From: Candidatus Poribacteria bacterium
GTDB lineage: Bacteria; Poribacteria; WGA-4E; GCA-2687025
DNA length: 64,000 bases
Reading direction: 5' to 3'
Assembly (NCBI GenBank): GCA_963665845.2
Contig: OY762492.1
Location: 3,648,001 to 3,712,000 of the forward strand
The notes below the pieces were generated by a model. The model was not told where the DNA came from, made no database searches, and saw nothing but the letters and a program-made list of their open reading frames with translations. Each line of letters opens with the position of its first letter. The stretch's first letter is position 1. The translations under genes and the position numbers were made by a program. Shown here piece after piece: positions 30,507 to 41,042 of the stretch.

Positions 30507-32437
30507 TGTTTTTCCTCCTGCGCGGGAAGGGTGAAGCGCGAAGCGTCCACCCTAGCCAGACCTTTATTGGTCGCCATCCAGATCATGTTTCCAACCTTCA
30601 AAATGCTGCGTATCTCCGCCCCCTCCAAGCTGCGCGAATACGATATGCTGCCGCGGCTCCATTCTCGGCTTGGGCTGCGCGAGACCAGTCCGCCGTCCGC
30701 CGCGAGCCAGAGTGTCCCGTCATGCGCCGCGCTCCAGATCGTTCCCGCGCCGCCCCCAAACGCGGCGCTCAACCACCGATCTGACGCGGGATCCCATTCG
30801 GCGTACCCTTTCTCCGCTTCGGTTTGCCATGTCGCCATAACGGAGTTTTTGAGTATCGACAGGCTGAGGATCGCGGCTTTAGACGGCAAGCCGTCCGCCG
30901 AGCCGTAGGCGCGCCATGCGTCGGTTCCAGCGCGTCGGTCGTACCGCAGAACGCCTTTTTCGATGGAGCCGACCCATAGAAAGTTGGCGTCCATCGCAAG
31001 CGAGGCGATCAGGTCAGATTCGCGGAAGATGCGCCCGTTCCGGCTCGTGTAGGCGCGCCAGGAGTCGAGTTGGCGGTCGTATCGCGCGGCTCCTCCCAGC
31101 CCTCCGACCCAGACGGTGCGTTCGTCCATCGCGATCGCGTCCACGCGGTTGCCGGCGATGCCGTCCAGCGCGAGATACTGCGATGTTTCGCCGGTCGCTT
31201 TGTGATACCGAAAGACGCCCTGCCCGCTGGAGCCGACCCAGATTTCATTGTCATCGGCGGCGGCGGCGCGGATGACCAGTCCGTCAGCCTCCTCGCTGCC
31301 CAGAAAGTTCGCTTCGATCTTGGGCTGGGCAGAAGCCAGGTCAATGCGCGCCAAACCTTTCGAACTGCCGACAAGCAGCGTTGAGCCGTCCAAGGTCAGC
31401 GAAAAGATGTCGTTGGAGGGGAGTCCGTTCTCGACGGTAAAGAGCGACCAGGCAACTTCAGAGCGGAGAAGATTCGCTTCTTGAAACGTTTCATCGTCAG
31501 GATTGAACGCTAGCGCGCGTTCCGCCGCGTCGGTCGCGCGCGCCATATCCCCCTTTTGAAAATACGCATATCCGAGCGTGAGATACAGGCGCGCGGCAAG
31601 CGGCGAAGACGGATCCTTCGACAAAACCTCCTGGATCGCCGCGGTCAAAATGGCGGCCGCCTTGTCGGGCTGTTTCGTCTGGACATAGAGCGCGCCGAGC
31701 TGTCCGCGCGCCTCCTGCGCTTCCGGGCGGTCGGGATGATTCTGCAGGGCGAACTCATACGCCGCCAGCGCCTCCTGCAAGGCGATATTGCCGATGTCCG
31801 GGTCGTCCGAGGCGGCGAGCAGGTATTGAGCGCCGCGGTACGCCAGCTCCCCCGCCGACGGATCGTCCATAAAATTGGCGGCAAAGCGGGCGCATTCTCG
31901 TCCCGCCGCAAAAAAGTCGCCCTGCTCAATATACTGCTCAACAACGGCGCGCACCTTCCCGCCGACAGGGTAACGCTGCGGGTTCAATTTTGCCGCCCAT
32001 ACGTAATGGTCCCATGCCTTCGCGTCTTCTTGGAATTCCAGCAGCTGCGCCAGCGCGTAATGGGCGTCGGCGTATTTGGGCGAGAGGGTGATCGCGGCGC
32101 GCAGATTTTCCTCCGCCGTTTCGTTCATTCCGAGATCCAGCGCGTCCAGCCCCGCCCGCAGACGCAGCGCCGCTTCAGGCCGGGGCGAAAAAGCGCCCTG
32201 TCCGTCCATCGCCATGACGATAACGCCGCCCGCGAACGGGAGCTGCTTCTCGGTTCCGTCGTCCAGCCGTATGCGGAACTGGTCGCGTCCGCTGCCTTCC
32301 CATTCGCCGGTGTAGGAGACGCCGTCCGGCAGGACGACGCGCACGCGCGCCCCCCATGCGTCCGCCGATAGAAGCGCCGACAGAGCCAACAGCGCCGCCG
32401 CCCGCCTCCACATGCGCCATGTCGTTCGTTCTCTCAT
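30503..32437 (-). CDS. Secreted TPR plus two-component-regulator-type beta-propeller protein
   Basis: N-terminal TPRs; C-terminal GLPSNDI / DGIAGNRV / DGLPS and WVG...G repeats. Confidence 0.85.
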   Translation of the reverse strand: MRERTTWRMWRRAAALLALSALLSADAWGARVRVVLPDGVSYTGEWEGSGRDQFRIRLDDGTEKQLPFAGGVIVMAMDGQGAFSPRPEAALRLRAGLDALDLGMNETAEENLRAAITLSPKYADAHYALAQLLEFQEDAKAWDHYVWAAKLNPQRYPVGGKVRAVVEQYIEQGDFFAAGRECARFAANFMDDPSAGELAYRGAQYLLAASDDPDIGNIALQEALAAYEFALQNHPDRPEAQEARGQLGALYVQTKQPDKAAAILTAAIQEVLSKDPSSPLAARLYLTLGYAYFQKGDMARATDAAERALAFNPDDETFQEANLLRSEVAWSLFTVENGLPSNDIFSLTLDGSTLLVGSSKGLARIDLASAQPKIEANFLGSEEADGLVIRAAAADDNEIWVGSSGQGVFRYHKATGETSQYLALDGIAGNRVDAIAMDERTVWVGGLGGAARYDRQLDSWRAYTSRNGRIFRESDLIASLAMDANFLWVGSIEKGVLRYDRRAGTDAWRAYGSADGLPSKAAILSLSILKNSVMATWQTEAEKGYAEWDPASDRWLSAAFGGGAGTIWSAAHDGTLWLAADGGLVSRSPSREWSRGSISYSRSLEGAEIRSILKVGNMIWMATNKGLARVDASRFTLPAQEEKQ

Positions 32438-32465
32438 GCGTGTTCCTGTCGTTCATTCATTGGTT

Positions 32466-33905
32466 TCATGACAACGCGGTTTCGATTTCGTCCGCGCCCT
32501 CTTGGTCAAATTCCGCCATCTCGTATTTTTTCAGTTTCGCGTGGAGCGTGTTGCGGTTGATGCCGAGCGCGTCTGCCGCTTTGCTTTTGTTTCCGTCCAT
32601 CTTGTCGAGAACGAACTGAAACAGGGGGCGCTCCACCTCCGCGACCGCTTCTTCATGCAGGTTTCCCGTTCGCCCTTCGTTCATGCGTTTTTGAACCAGC
32701 TTCCGCACCCAAAGCTCCATCGATTCTCCGCTTTCCATTTCTGCCGTCGGGCTTAACAGCGGCGCGTCCTCTACGCTCAAAACCCGCCCCTGCGACATGA
32801 CGATGCCGCGGTGGATCACGTTTTCCAGCTCCCTCACATTCCCCGGCCAGCGGTAGGCGTTCAACCGCCTCGCCAGCGCCGGCGACAACGTTTTGATCTC
32901 ATACCCGTACTTAATGCAATACTTTGCAAGGAAATATTTGGCAAGCGCCGGGATGTCTTCTCGGCGGCGGCGAAGCGGCGGAAGCGTGATCGACACTACA
33001 TTGAGGCGGTACAGCAGGTCTTCTCGAAAATCGCCCTCCTGGACGGCTCGGTCGAGACGGCGGTTCGTCGCGGCGATGACGCGCGCGTTCGTTTCAAGCG
33101 TCTCGTCGGAACCGACCCGCTGATAAGTGCGCTCTTGGAGAACGCGCAGCAGCTTCGTCTGCAGGTCAAGCGGTATGTCGCCGATTTCGTCTAGCAGAAT
33201 CGTTCCGTTGTCGGCGCTGGCGAAACGCCCCTCTCTGTCGGAATGGGCGTCTGTGAAGGCGCCGCGCACATGTCCAAACAGCTCGCTTTCAAGCAGATTG
33301 TCCGGTATGGCGGCGCAGTTGACCGCCACATACGGCATCGGCGCGCGCCGGCTGTTGGCATGAATCGCCTGCGCGACCAGCTCCTTGCCGGTGCCGCATT
33401 CGCCGAGAAGGAGCGCGGTGACGTCGCTCTCGGCGATTCTCCCGATCGTTTTATACACCTCCTGCATGGCGGCGCTGTTGCCGATGATCTCATCGCCGCC
33501 GTTCATCTTCGGCGGAGACGGCGGCGCGGGCGACTGCTCTATCGACGCGGCGGCGCGGCGCGCCAGCTCTTGCACTTTAAGTATATCGAACGGCTTGGTG
33601 ATGTAGTCGAAGGCGCGCCGCTTCATCGCTTCGACGGCGGTGCGCATCGTTCCGTGCGCCGTGAGAACGATGATCGGGATGTCTGGATTCGTTTCGCGTA
33701 TTTCGGAGAGGCTGTCCAGCCCGTTTCCGTCCGGCAAGAAAATGTCTAGAAAAAGTATGTCCGCCTCGGAGCGGTTGAGAGCGGCGCGCGCCTCCTTGAG
33801 CGTATGTACGCTGGTCGCCTTGAAGCCGGCGTCGATGAGCGACTCGGTCAAGACGCGGCAGATGTTCGGCTCATCGTCGCAGATGAGGGCGCGTTTTTGG
33901 TTCAT
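32466..33905 (-). CDS. Sigma54-dependent response regulator (NtrC family)
   Basis: REC (ICDD, FLD, KPF); AAA+ [31 protein letters not shown]; Fis-type [11 protein letters not shown]. Confidence 0.95.
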   Translation of the reverse strand: MNQKRALICDDEPNICRVLTESLIDAGFKATSVHTLKEARAALNRSEADILFLDIFLPDGNGLDSLSEIRETNPDIPIIVLTAHGTMRTAVEAMKRRAFDYITKPFDILKVQELARRAAASIEQSPAPPSPPKMNGGDEIIGNSAAMQEVYKTIGRIAESDVTALLLGECGTGKELVAQAIHANSRRAPMPYVAVNCAAIPDNLLESELFGHVRGAFTDAHSDREGRFASADNGTILLDEIGDIPLDLQTKLLRVLQERTYQRVGSDETLETNARVIAATNRRLDRAVQEGDFREDLLYRLNVVSITLPPLRRRREDIPALAKYFLAKYCIKYGYEIKTLSPALARRLNAYRWPGNVRELENVIHRGIVMSQGRVLSVEDAPLLSPTAEMESGESMELWVRKLVQKRMNEGRTGNLHEEAVAEVERPLFQFVLDKMDGNKSKAADALGINRNTLHAKLKKYEMAEFDQEGADEIETALS

Positions 33906-33917
33906 CTTGATCCGTCT

Positions 33918-34622
33918 CTATCCGTTCAGGTCGCATCCTACGAATTTGCGCTGGATCTGAATCGCCGCGTCCATTACGGAGAAGGAGCCGGCGGCGGGAT
34001 CGATCACATAGTCGCCCTCGTTCGTCACAGCGGCGATGAGCGCGCTTTGCAGCCCGACAGGTTTCTGGTGCGTGTGCGTCCGCCGTTCGATCTTCTCGCG
34101 CCATGTGTCCGGTATATTGCGTATCGTCCAGACGCCTTTGGCGCGGCGCGGTTTTTTTTGAAGAACAACGCAGTACTCGGTCGTTCGGCGGGTTCGGTAA
34201 CCCATGCCGATGCGCCCCTTGTCCCATGAGATCAGGTCGACGACTTCGAGAGGCGCGTCGCTGTGCCAGCCGCTGAAGCCTTCGCACAGGTGAAACTTGT
34301 CCATCCACAGAAACAAATGCCCGGACGGTTTCAGGACGCGCCCGATGCCGCCGATAAACAGGCGGATCGTCTCCTCGCTCATCTGCTGGAGAGCGGCGCG
34401 TTCTTTGCCGCGCCCTTTGCCTTCGTTTCCGTAGGCGAGTTTGTCTAGGACGCCGCGGTATTGCGGGTCTAAAAACGCGGCGGAGATCGATTCGTCCGGC
34501 AGCAGGCTTAGAAACTGTATGCCGTCCATCTGGAGGCGGCGGTTCGGCTCCATGCGGTCGGGCAGCCGCGTTTCAAGCGGGGCTTCTCGGTCGTCGTTGG
34601 CGGCTTGCGTTGATCTGCTCAT
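33918..34622 (-). CDS. Orphan beta-class N4/N6 DNA methyltransferase
   Basis: FLDPQY (motif IV variant), RVLKPSG, HQKP, VIDPAAGS (motif I), FVGCD. Confidence 0.85.
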   Translation of the reverse strand: MSRSTQAANDDREAPLETRLPDRMEPNRRLQMDGIQFLSLLPDESISAAFLDPQYRGVLDKLAYGNEGKGRGKERAALQQMSEETIRLFIGGIGRVLKPSGHLFLWMDKFHLCEGFSGWHSDAPLEVVDLISWDKGRIGMGYRTRRTTEYCVVLQKKPRRAKGVWTIRNIPDTWREKIERRTHTHQKPVGLQSALIAAVTNEGDYVIDPAAGSFSVMDAAIQIQRKFVGCDLNG

Positions 34623-34689
34623 GCTTTGTATCCACAGCGATTCATTTTGAATTTTAACAATAAAAGGAGCGGGGGTCAAGTTGCCCCGC

Positions 34690-34857
34690 CTGACCTCATG
34701 GCTAAAGTTGGGACATTTGAACGAACAAAGCCTCTATTCATGGGAAAAAGGCGCCGCCAACCAAACGGTCATTCCCGCGTAAGCGGGAATCTAGAGGCGC
34801 CGCAGAAACCGTCCGCGTTCGCCCGTCGGCATGTCCCAACTAAAGACGTAAGGTCAG
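34690..34857. mobile_element. MITE family A, full copy 3
   Basis: CTGACCTCATGGCTAAAGTTGGGAC ... GTCCCAACTAAAGACGTAAGGTCAG flanked by direct repeat GCCCCGC. Confidence 0.85.
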
Positions 34858-35045
34858 GCCCCGCCTCTCCCCCCTTGAAAAGGGGGCAGGGGGGTTTCCG
34901 CGGACAGCGCCCGCGGCGGCTAAGATTCCCGCGCATTTTACCGCAGGGGCGGGAATGCATGTCCTCGCGGAAGCGGGGAACGCTTTGGGCTGCCGGACGC
35001 TGGAGTTGAACGCGGACGGTTTCGGCGGCTAGATACCGCCTCGGT

Positions 35046-35516
35046 TCACCAGTTGAACAATCTCGCCTTCTCTGGAGGGAGCAGATAGAGCGTTGGCCGG
35101 GAAAATCTCACTCGCGACAGTCTCAAGCTTGAGTCTGGTTGCCACCGCACTTTCCGAAGGTTGCCGCCCCAAGTTTGGCGTGAGGCATCCTCGTCATAGT
35201 AGGCGTCTCCCTGGAATTCACCCAGCCCCGCGTACTTTTCCAGACCGGCGCGGGCAACAACAAGGTCGCCATCCTCAATCTCAAAATAGAACCGCTCTAC
35301 CATCCTGCAGCCTCTTTTTAACCCTCCCCATGCCGGGTTCGCGCGTTCTGCCCAGAGACTCCTCAAATGCTCTGGGGATTCTGGGGAATCTCCCAAGTTC
35401 CAACCAATGGAAATCACCCCGTTGGCATGGTCGTACTCCCAGCATTCGCGATACCGCTTCGCCGTTTTCCCACTGGTGCTGTATTTCGCAGGGGCGATTG
35501 CCCAATATTTTGCCAT
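35046..35516 (-). CDS. Hypothetical protein resembling the N-terminal domain of McrB/Mrr-type restriction proteins
   Basis: KYWAIAP...W......ISIGW...F..EIEDGDLVVA...RKVRW pattern; GGAG RBS; visibly lower GC than its neighbours. Confidence 0.6.
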   Translation of the reverse strand: MAKYWAIAPAKYSTSGKTAKRYRECWEYDHANGVISIGWNLGDSPESPEHLRSLWAERANPAWGGLKRGCRMVERFYFEIEDGDLVVARAGLEKYAGLGEFQGDAYYDEDASRQTWGGNLRKVRWQPDSSLRLSRVRFSRPTLYLLPPEKARLFNW

Positions 35517-35601
35517 CGTTCACTCCGAATTCAGATTCAGGTTCAGTTTCGGCATAGGCATGTTTATAACGCCTTCCGCGGTCGGGGGCAAGCTGAAGAC
35601 G

Positions 35602-35699
35602 GTTTGAACTAGGATGGAAGGATGATTAAGATTGCCAAGATAGCCGCTCACGGGAATTTTCTTGGCAATCTTTTCAATCTTGGCAATCCTAGTTCAGAC
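35602..35699. repeat. AT-rich palindromic repeat family B (TIR TYTGAACTAGGAT)
   Basis: TTTGAACTAGGAT...AAGATTGCCAAGA...TCTTGGCAATC...ATCCTAGTTCAGA. Inverted copy at about 55285-55366, partial copy at about 54906-54944. Confidence 0.8.
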
Positions 35700-35950
35700 G
35701 ACAACAGCGGCAGCTACACTCTAAGATTCCCGCTTGCGCGGGAATGCATGTCCTCGCGGAAGCGGGGAACGCTTTGAGCCGCCGGACGCTGGAGGCGACG
35801 CGGACGGTTTCGGCGGCGCCTCTAGATTCCCGCTTACGCGGGAATGACGCTTTGAGCCGCCGGACGTTGGAGGTGAACGCGGACGGTTTCGGCGGCGCCT
35901 CTAGATTCCCGTTTTTACGGGGCAGGCTAGGGGTGCGGCAGGCTTTAGAT

Positions 35951-37591
35951 TTAGGCTTTCGGAGCGGCGGGGAGCGTGACGGTGAAGCGGCAGCCTCCCC
36001 CGTTGACGGCGCTGACCTCAATCGTTCCGTTGTGATCCTCCACGATGCGCTTCGTCAATGCCAAGCCGATGCCCGCCCCTTTGCGCTTCGTTGTGTAAAG
36101 CGGGTCGAAGATGCGCCGGCGCAGTTCTGGGGAGACGCCGGGGCCGTCGTCCTGCACATACGCCTCCACCACCCGCATAGACCCGCCCGATGTCCGCTCC
36201 ACCGCGCGCGTCGAGACGCGCAGCTCGCCCCCGTCAGGCATGGCGTCGATCGCATTGCTGATGAGGTTCAGAAAAACCTGCGCGATCTGGTCGGCGTCCG
36301 CCAAGACGCGCGGCGCGTTCTCGGCAAAATCGCGCCGTATCCGCGCGCCCGATTTCTGCGCCTCATTCTTCATCAAAACTAAAGCCCTTTCAGCCGCCTC
36401 CGCCAGATCGATCTCCTGAAACATGTCCGGCGACGAACGCCCGTAACGCAGCTGTTTCTCCACCACGCGGTTCAGCCGTTCCACCTCCTCAATGATGATG
36501 GAGGCGTATTGAAGCATGTCTTCAGCCGATTTCGTCGAGAGCGCGGGCTGTCCGCCGCTCATCCGCTTGACGCCGATTTCGATCAGCTGCGCGGCGCCGC
36601 GTATGCCTCCAAGCGGGTTGCGTATCTCGTGCGCCAGGCTTTGCGACATCTCGCCCAGCGCGGCGAGCCGTTCGTGGAGCGCCGCTTCCTCTATCATCTG
36701 CTGTATTTTCAGCGCCTGCGAGAAGACGGAGGCGACGATGGTCAAGAAATTCAGGTCGTCGCGCAGGGTTCGCTCATCCATCGGCGCTCGGTCGACGCTC
36801 AACACGCCCGCCGTTTCGCCTTCCATGACGATCGGCAGGCATAGAAAAGCGACGGAGCGTTCCTCCTCCTCCGCTTCATGAAGCGCGATCGGCTTGTCGC
36901 CCAGGTTCGGCGCCGCGGTCGGCTGACCCGTTTTCAGCGTCTGGCGGTAGATCGTTTCGCCCAGGCGGTACTGTCCGCGTTCGATGTCGGCGTCGGTCAG
37001 TCCGTAGGCGCATTTGAGCGTGAACCGCTCCGCCGCGCGGTCGTAAAGCAGCAGCTGTCCTCTGTACATGTTCAGCTGGTCAGACAGGCGGCGCATGACA
37101 TCTTCAAACAGGCTTTCCATGTCGAAGGTGCGCGATATTTCGCGGGCGATTTCAAACAGAGCGGAGCTTTCGATCAGATGCTTTTGCGCTTCGGCGTTCG
37201 CTTCGTCCAGCCGCTTCAGCCGCGTTTGGGCATTATTCCGCCAAAGAAGAAGTCGGCTGAGCGCGGCGATCGTCATTCCGCCGACGCAGGCGAACATACC
37301 GGACACCATGGCGATGGCGGGGATATTCGGATGGAAGAGCGCATAGGCGAAAAGCGACGCCGCCCCCGCGCCCCATACCGCCCATGGCCTGCCGCGCAGA
37401 ACGGCGGCGACCAGAGCGAGAATGTAAAGATGCGACAGCGCAGCCGCCGCGGCAAGCGGGTTCAAACGATCCCCCGCGGCGTACAGGCACAGGCTGGACA
37501 GGCAGATTCCAACGATGAGAACGATGGTCAGCGCGGCGGGTCGGCGCCCCCGCCTTCCGTCGCCGATCTCGTTCTCAAGCGGGCTGTCCAT
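35951..37591 (-). CDS. Membrane GAF-domain sensor histidine kinase (NtrB-like)
   Basis: TM helices, NifA-like GAF (GQYRLGE, FLCLPI), LAHEIRNPLGGIRGAAQL, NLISNA, DDGPG, GAGIGL. Confidence 0.92.
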   Translation of the reverse strand: MDSPLENEIGDGRRGRRPAALTIVLIVGICLSSLCLYAAGDRLNPLAAAAALSHLYILALVAAVLRGRPWAVWGAGAASLFAYALFHPNIPAIAMVSGMFACVGGMTIAALSRLLLWRNNAQTRLKRLDEANAEAQKHLIESSALFEIAREISRTFDMESLFEDVMRRLSDQLNMYRGQLLLYDRAAERFTLKCAYGLTDADIERGQYRLGETIYRQTLKTGQPTAAPNLGDKPIALHEAEEEERSVAFLCLPIVMEGETAGVLSVDRAPMDERTLRDDLNFLTIVASVFSQALKIQQMIEEAALHERLAALGEMSQSLAHEIRNPLGGIRGAAQLIEIGVKRMSGGQPALSTKSAEDMLQYASIIIEEVERLNRVVEKQLRYGRSSPDMFQEIDLAEAAERALVLMKNEAQKSGARIRRDFAENAPRVLADADQIAQVFLNLISNAIDAMPDGGELRVSTRAVERTSGGSMRVVEAYVQDDGPGVSPELRRRIFDPLYTTKRKGAGIGLALTKRIVEDHNGTIEVSAVNGGGCRFTVTLPAAPKA

Positions 37592-37604
37592 TGCGGCGGC
37601 GCGT

Positions 37605-39104
37605 TTATTCGGGCGTTTCGAAGCCGCGCAGCCGTTGCAGCGACTTCAACGCCTGCAGATAATTGACCGCCGACCGTATCTTCGGATCCCAAATGTAATC
37701 GTCCTCCTGACCGACCGTCTCTGCCGCAATCGCAAATCTCACCAACGGATCGCTCAAGGCGACGCCTTCCGCCTCCAGCGCCTCCAAGAAGCTGCGGTAG
37801 CTGCGCTCTAGGCTGGAGGGGGGCGAGTCGCGCGGGTCTTCCTTTGCCAGGCGGTCTAGCACATCGGCTCCCTCTTTTTCTAAAAACGCTTTCAACGCTT
37901 CGCTTGTCCGCGCCTTTAGCCACATGCGCCCTTCAGCTCCGCTCAACGGGTCCAGCGTCACATCCGGCACGATTCCGACCTTGTGGATATTGACATCGTT
38001 CGGGGTGTAGTAATGGGCGATGGTGAGTTTGACGGCGGACGGTTCAGGCGCCTCGTCCAGCTGAAAGATTTTTTGAACGCTCGCTTTTCCGAAGGTGTCG
38101 GTACCCATCAACAGCGCCCGTCCATGCGCCTGAAGCGCCCCCGCGACAATCTCCGACGCGCTGGCGCTGCCCTGGTTCACCAGAACGATCAGCGGCAGGT
38201 CGGTATGGAAGCTCTTGCTTTCAACGTGAAAGTTGTTCGGTTCGCCGCGCCCCTTTGTATAGACAATCAGGTCGCCTTCGTTCAAAAAGAAGGAGGCGAT
38301 CTTCGTCGCCGAGTTCAGCAAGCCGCCGGGATTGGAGCGCAGGTCTAAAATGAGCGCATTCGCCCCCTTCGCTTCCATCTCTTTGATCGTCTCTTCAACG
38401 GCGGCCGCGGTCGGTCCCATAAACTGCGTGATGCGGATATAGCCTGTCATGGATTCTTCAAGGAGCGCGCTTTTGACCGACACGATCGTGATGATTCCGC
38501 GCACGATGGGCGTGATGATCGGCTCGTCAACGCCTTCCCGCAGGATGGTGAGGGTGACGCTGGTGCCGGGTTCGCCGCGCATTTTTCGGGCGCCTTCGTC
38601 GACCGAGATGCCGGCGGTCGATTCGCCGTCGATCTCGACGATCGCGTCCCCCGCCATGACGCCCGCTTTATGCGCGGGAGTGTCTTCGATGGGGGCAACG
38701 ACGGTGAGGCGGTTCTGCTTGATGCCGATATACATGCCGAGTCCGCCGAATTTGCCGCTTGTGTCGGTCTGCAGGGCGCTGTACGCTTCGGAGTCGTAAT
38801 ATTGGCTATACGGGTCTAATTCCCGCAGCATACCGCGTATGGCGCCTTTGACCAGCTTGTCGAAATCTTCTGGGCTATAATGCTCGCTCTGTACGCGGGC
38901 AAGCGCTTCGCTCAAAACAGCGAGGCTTTCCAGCGCCGCATCCTCTTCAGACTGCTCGGCGGGAGGCTGCTCAGGCTCCACAACGGGGGGCGTCTGCGCG
39001 TCGGCAAACAGGACGCTCAGCGCAAACAGAAAAGCGGTCAACAAGGCGAACAGCGCGCAAACCGAAGCGATTCGCCAGACAGCGCGGCTTTCAAGATGCT
39101 TCAT
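37605..39104 (-). CDS. ctpA: Carboxyl-terminal processing protease (S41A)
   Basis: LDPYS, PDZ GKFGGLG, LDLRSNPGG, SASASEIVAGAL, TFGKASVQ. Confidence 0.93.
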   Translation of the reverse strand: MKHLESRAVWRIASVCALFALLTAFLFALSVLFADAQTPPVVEPEQPPAEQSEEDAALESLAVLSEALARVQSEHYSPEDFDKLVKGAIRGMLRELDPYSQYYDSEAYSALQTDTSGKFGGLGMYIGIKQNRLTVVAPIEDTPAHKAGVMAGDAIVEIDGESTAGISVDEGARKMRGEPGTSVTLTILREGVDEPIITPIVRGIITIVSVKSALLEESMTGYIRITQFMGPTAAAVEETIKEMEAKGANALILDLRSNPGGLLNSATKIASFFLNEGDLIVYTKGRGEPNNFHVESKSFHTDLPLIVLVNQGSASASEIVAGALQAHGRALLMGTDTFGKASVQKIFQLDEAPEPSAVKLTIAHYYTPNDVNIHKVGIVPDVTLDPLSGAEGRMWLKARTSEALKAFLEKEGADVLDRLAKEDPRDSPPSSLERSYRSFLEALEAEGVALSDPLVRFAIAAETVGQEDDYIWDPKIRSAVNYLQALKSLQRLRGFETPE

Positions 39105-39157
39105 ATCAAGGTAACTCTCATCGTTGTTTCATAAAAGCGTTTCTATCTTACTCGGCG

Positions 39158-40402
39158 TCAACGGCGCGGGCGCATCCAGTTGTTGGCTTTAAACCCGCGC
39201 CTCATTTCAAAATACAGAACCGGTCGGTCAACCAGCCCGCCTGTGTTTCCGACCGTTCCGATCACGGTTCCTTTGGCGACCTTTTGCCCTTCTTTCACAT
39301 GGATGTCGCGCAGGTGGGCGTAAAATGTTCGCAAGCCTTGGTTCCTGTTATCATAGCCATGGAACACGCAGACCATTTTGCCGAATCCCAGCCCGGCGTA
39401 CCAATCGGCGAATCTGACCGTTCCGCTCATGATCGATTTGACGGGCGCGCCTTCTGGCGCCTGTATCGACACGCCGTTCTGGTCGTTGCTGAAATTGGAG
39501 ACGACAGTTCCGGAGACGGGCCAAATGACCTCCTGATAGGTTCCGCGCAGCTCCAGCTTTGAGGTGTGTCCGATGGTTCTTGGTTTCCACGGGGTTTTGG
39601 AGGCGGCGGTGGAAACGGCTCCCGTTCTGACCGTCTTTGCCGCCGGCGCCGCCGCCTCGCTTGCGTTTGCCAGATTGCGTATCATCGCGTCTAAGGCGCG
39701 GACGGCGGTTTCCCCCTCGCGTATGAGCCGTTCTTGGGCGGCTTTGTTTTGGCGCGCTCTGGCGAGCGTCGTTTGGCGCGTTGCGCGTTCTTTTTCGAGC
39801 GCCGTTTTTTGCTTTTGAACGGTCTGCTCCTGCCGCGCTAAAACGGCGCGCCGTTCCGACAGGTCCGCTTTTCGCGCGTCCAGTATCTTCTGCGAATCGA
39901 CAAGCTGTTGCAGTATCTCCTGATCTTTCTCGCGTATTTTGGAGAGGTATTTTAAGCGGGTGAGGGGACCGCCGACCCCGTTTCCGTTCAGATGTCCGCG
40001 CATGGCGATGCCGAAGGGCGCGCCGCCTGAACGATACGCGAGCTTATACTTGGCGCGAAAACGCTGCCCGACCCGCTCTTCGTGCGCTTTGTGCCGCTTC
40101 TCAAGCGCCTCAATATCCTGTTGTACGGCGGCGATGCCGGACTGGACTTTGGCGATGTCGCGCTGGGCGGCAATCAGCTGCGTCCGCGCCGAGTCGATTT
40201 TTCGGTCCAGGCGGTTGATTTCGGCGAGGATGCCTTTTTCAAGCTGCGCCGCTTTCTGCGCGGCGGCTTCAGCTTGACGGATGCGGGCGCGCTCTTTGTC
40301 CCGTTCGGTCTGGGCGCGCTGCAACTCGGCGTTTTCCTGCGCCTGCGCGGCGAGCGGAAACAGCGCGGCAAATGCGCATAACAATAGAAAGAAACGATTC
40401 AT
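39158..40402 (-). CDS. envC: Murein hydrolase activator (coiled coil plus degenerate M23 domain)
   Basis: Signal peptide, long coiled coil, WPVSG, NGVSI (no HxxxD), YAHL, VGNTGG, LYFEMR; upstream of ctpA. Confidence 0.8.
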   Translation of the reverse strand: MNRFFLLLCAFAALFPLAAQAQENAELQRAQTERDKERARIRQAEAAAQKAAQLEKGILAEINRLDRKIDSARTQLIAAQRDIAKVQSGIAAVQQDIEALEKRHKAHEERVGQRFRAKYKLAYRSGGAPFGIAMRGHLNGNGVGGPLTRLKYLSKIREKDQEILQQLVDSQKILDARKADLSERRAVLARQEQTVQKQKTALEKERATRQTTLARARQNKAAQERLIREGETAVRALDAMIRNLANASEAAAPAAKTVRTGAVSTAASKTPWKPRTIGHTSKLELRGTYQEVIWPVSGTVVSNFSNDQNGVSIQAPEGAPVKSIMSGTVRFADWYAGLGFGKMVCVFHGYDNRNQGLRTFYAHLRDIHVKEGQKVAKGTVIGTVGNTGGLVDRPVLYFEMRRGFKANNWMRPRR

Positions 40403-40448
40403 ACTCTTATGATACACTGGAGGGGGCGGGATCGCAAATATACGGACG

Positions 40449-40622
40449 CTGACCTTGCGTCTTTAGTTGGGACATTTCGGCGGGCGGACGCAGACGGTTT
40501 CTACGGCGCCTCTAGATTCCCGCACGTTTTACCGCAGGGGCGGGAATGCATGTCCTCGCGGAAGCGGGGGACGGTCTGGCTGGCGGAGCCTTTTTCCCAT
40601 GAATAAAGGCTTTGTTCGTTCA
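40449..40622. mobile_element. MITE family A, copy 4 (inverted, second end truncated)
   Basis: CTGACCTTGCGTCTTTAGTTGGGAC start. Body is the reverse complement of copies 1 and 3 up to AAAGGCTTTGTTCGTTCA. Confidence 0.75.
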
Positions 40623-40636
40623 GCAGCGTTTTCGTT

Positions 40637-40685
40637 AAAAGAAAGAAAGGAAGAGCAGACTCGATGGCGCAGAGCCGCTCTTCCT
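40637..40685 (-). terminator. Intrinsic terminator downstream of the HU gene
   Basis: Minus strand: AGGAAGAGC...GCTCTTCCT stem followed by TTCTTTCTTTT. Confidence 0.7.
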
Positions 40686-40694
40686 CCGATCTGT

Positions 40695-40976
40695 TCAGTT
40701 GTCAACGCTGTCGCGCAGCGTTTTCCCTGGTTTAAAGGCGGCGACGGTTTTGGCGGCGATCTGAATCTTCTCTTTTGTCTGCGGGTTGGTGCCTTCGCGG
40801 GCGGCTCGATGGCGCGTTTCAAAAGTTCCGAACCCGATGATGCTCACCTTCTCGCCGTTTGCCAGCGCGTCTGTGATGGCGCCCAGAACGGCGTCCAGAG
40901 CTTGGGACGCCTGTTTTCTCGTCAGGCTCAGATCCTCATGATCGTAAAGGGCGTTGACGATGTCTTGCTTGTTCAC
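40695..40976 (-). CDS. hup: DNA-binding protein HU
   Basis: GTG start after AGGAGGAG; NKQDIV, IGFGTFE, REGTNPQT, FKPGKTLRD. Confidence 0.95.
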   Translation of the reverse strand: MNKQDIVNALYDHEDLSLTRKQASQALDAVLGAITDALANGEKVSIIGFGTFETRHRAAREGTNPQTKEKIQIAAKTVAAFKPGKTLRDSVDN

Positions 40977-41042
40977 TGGAGGACTCCTCCTGATGCGTAC
41001 ATAAGTGTTCATGAATCGGCGCCGCTGGCGCCCACTCTCATT

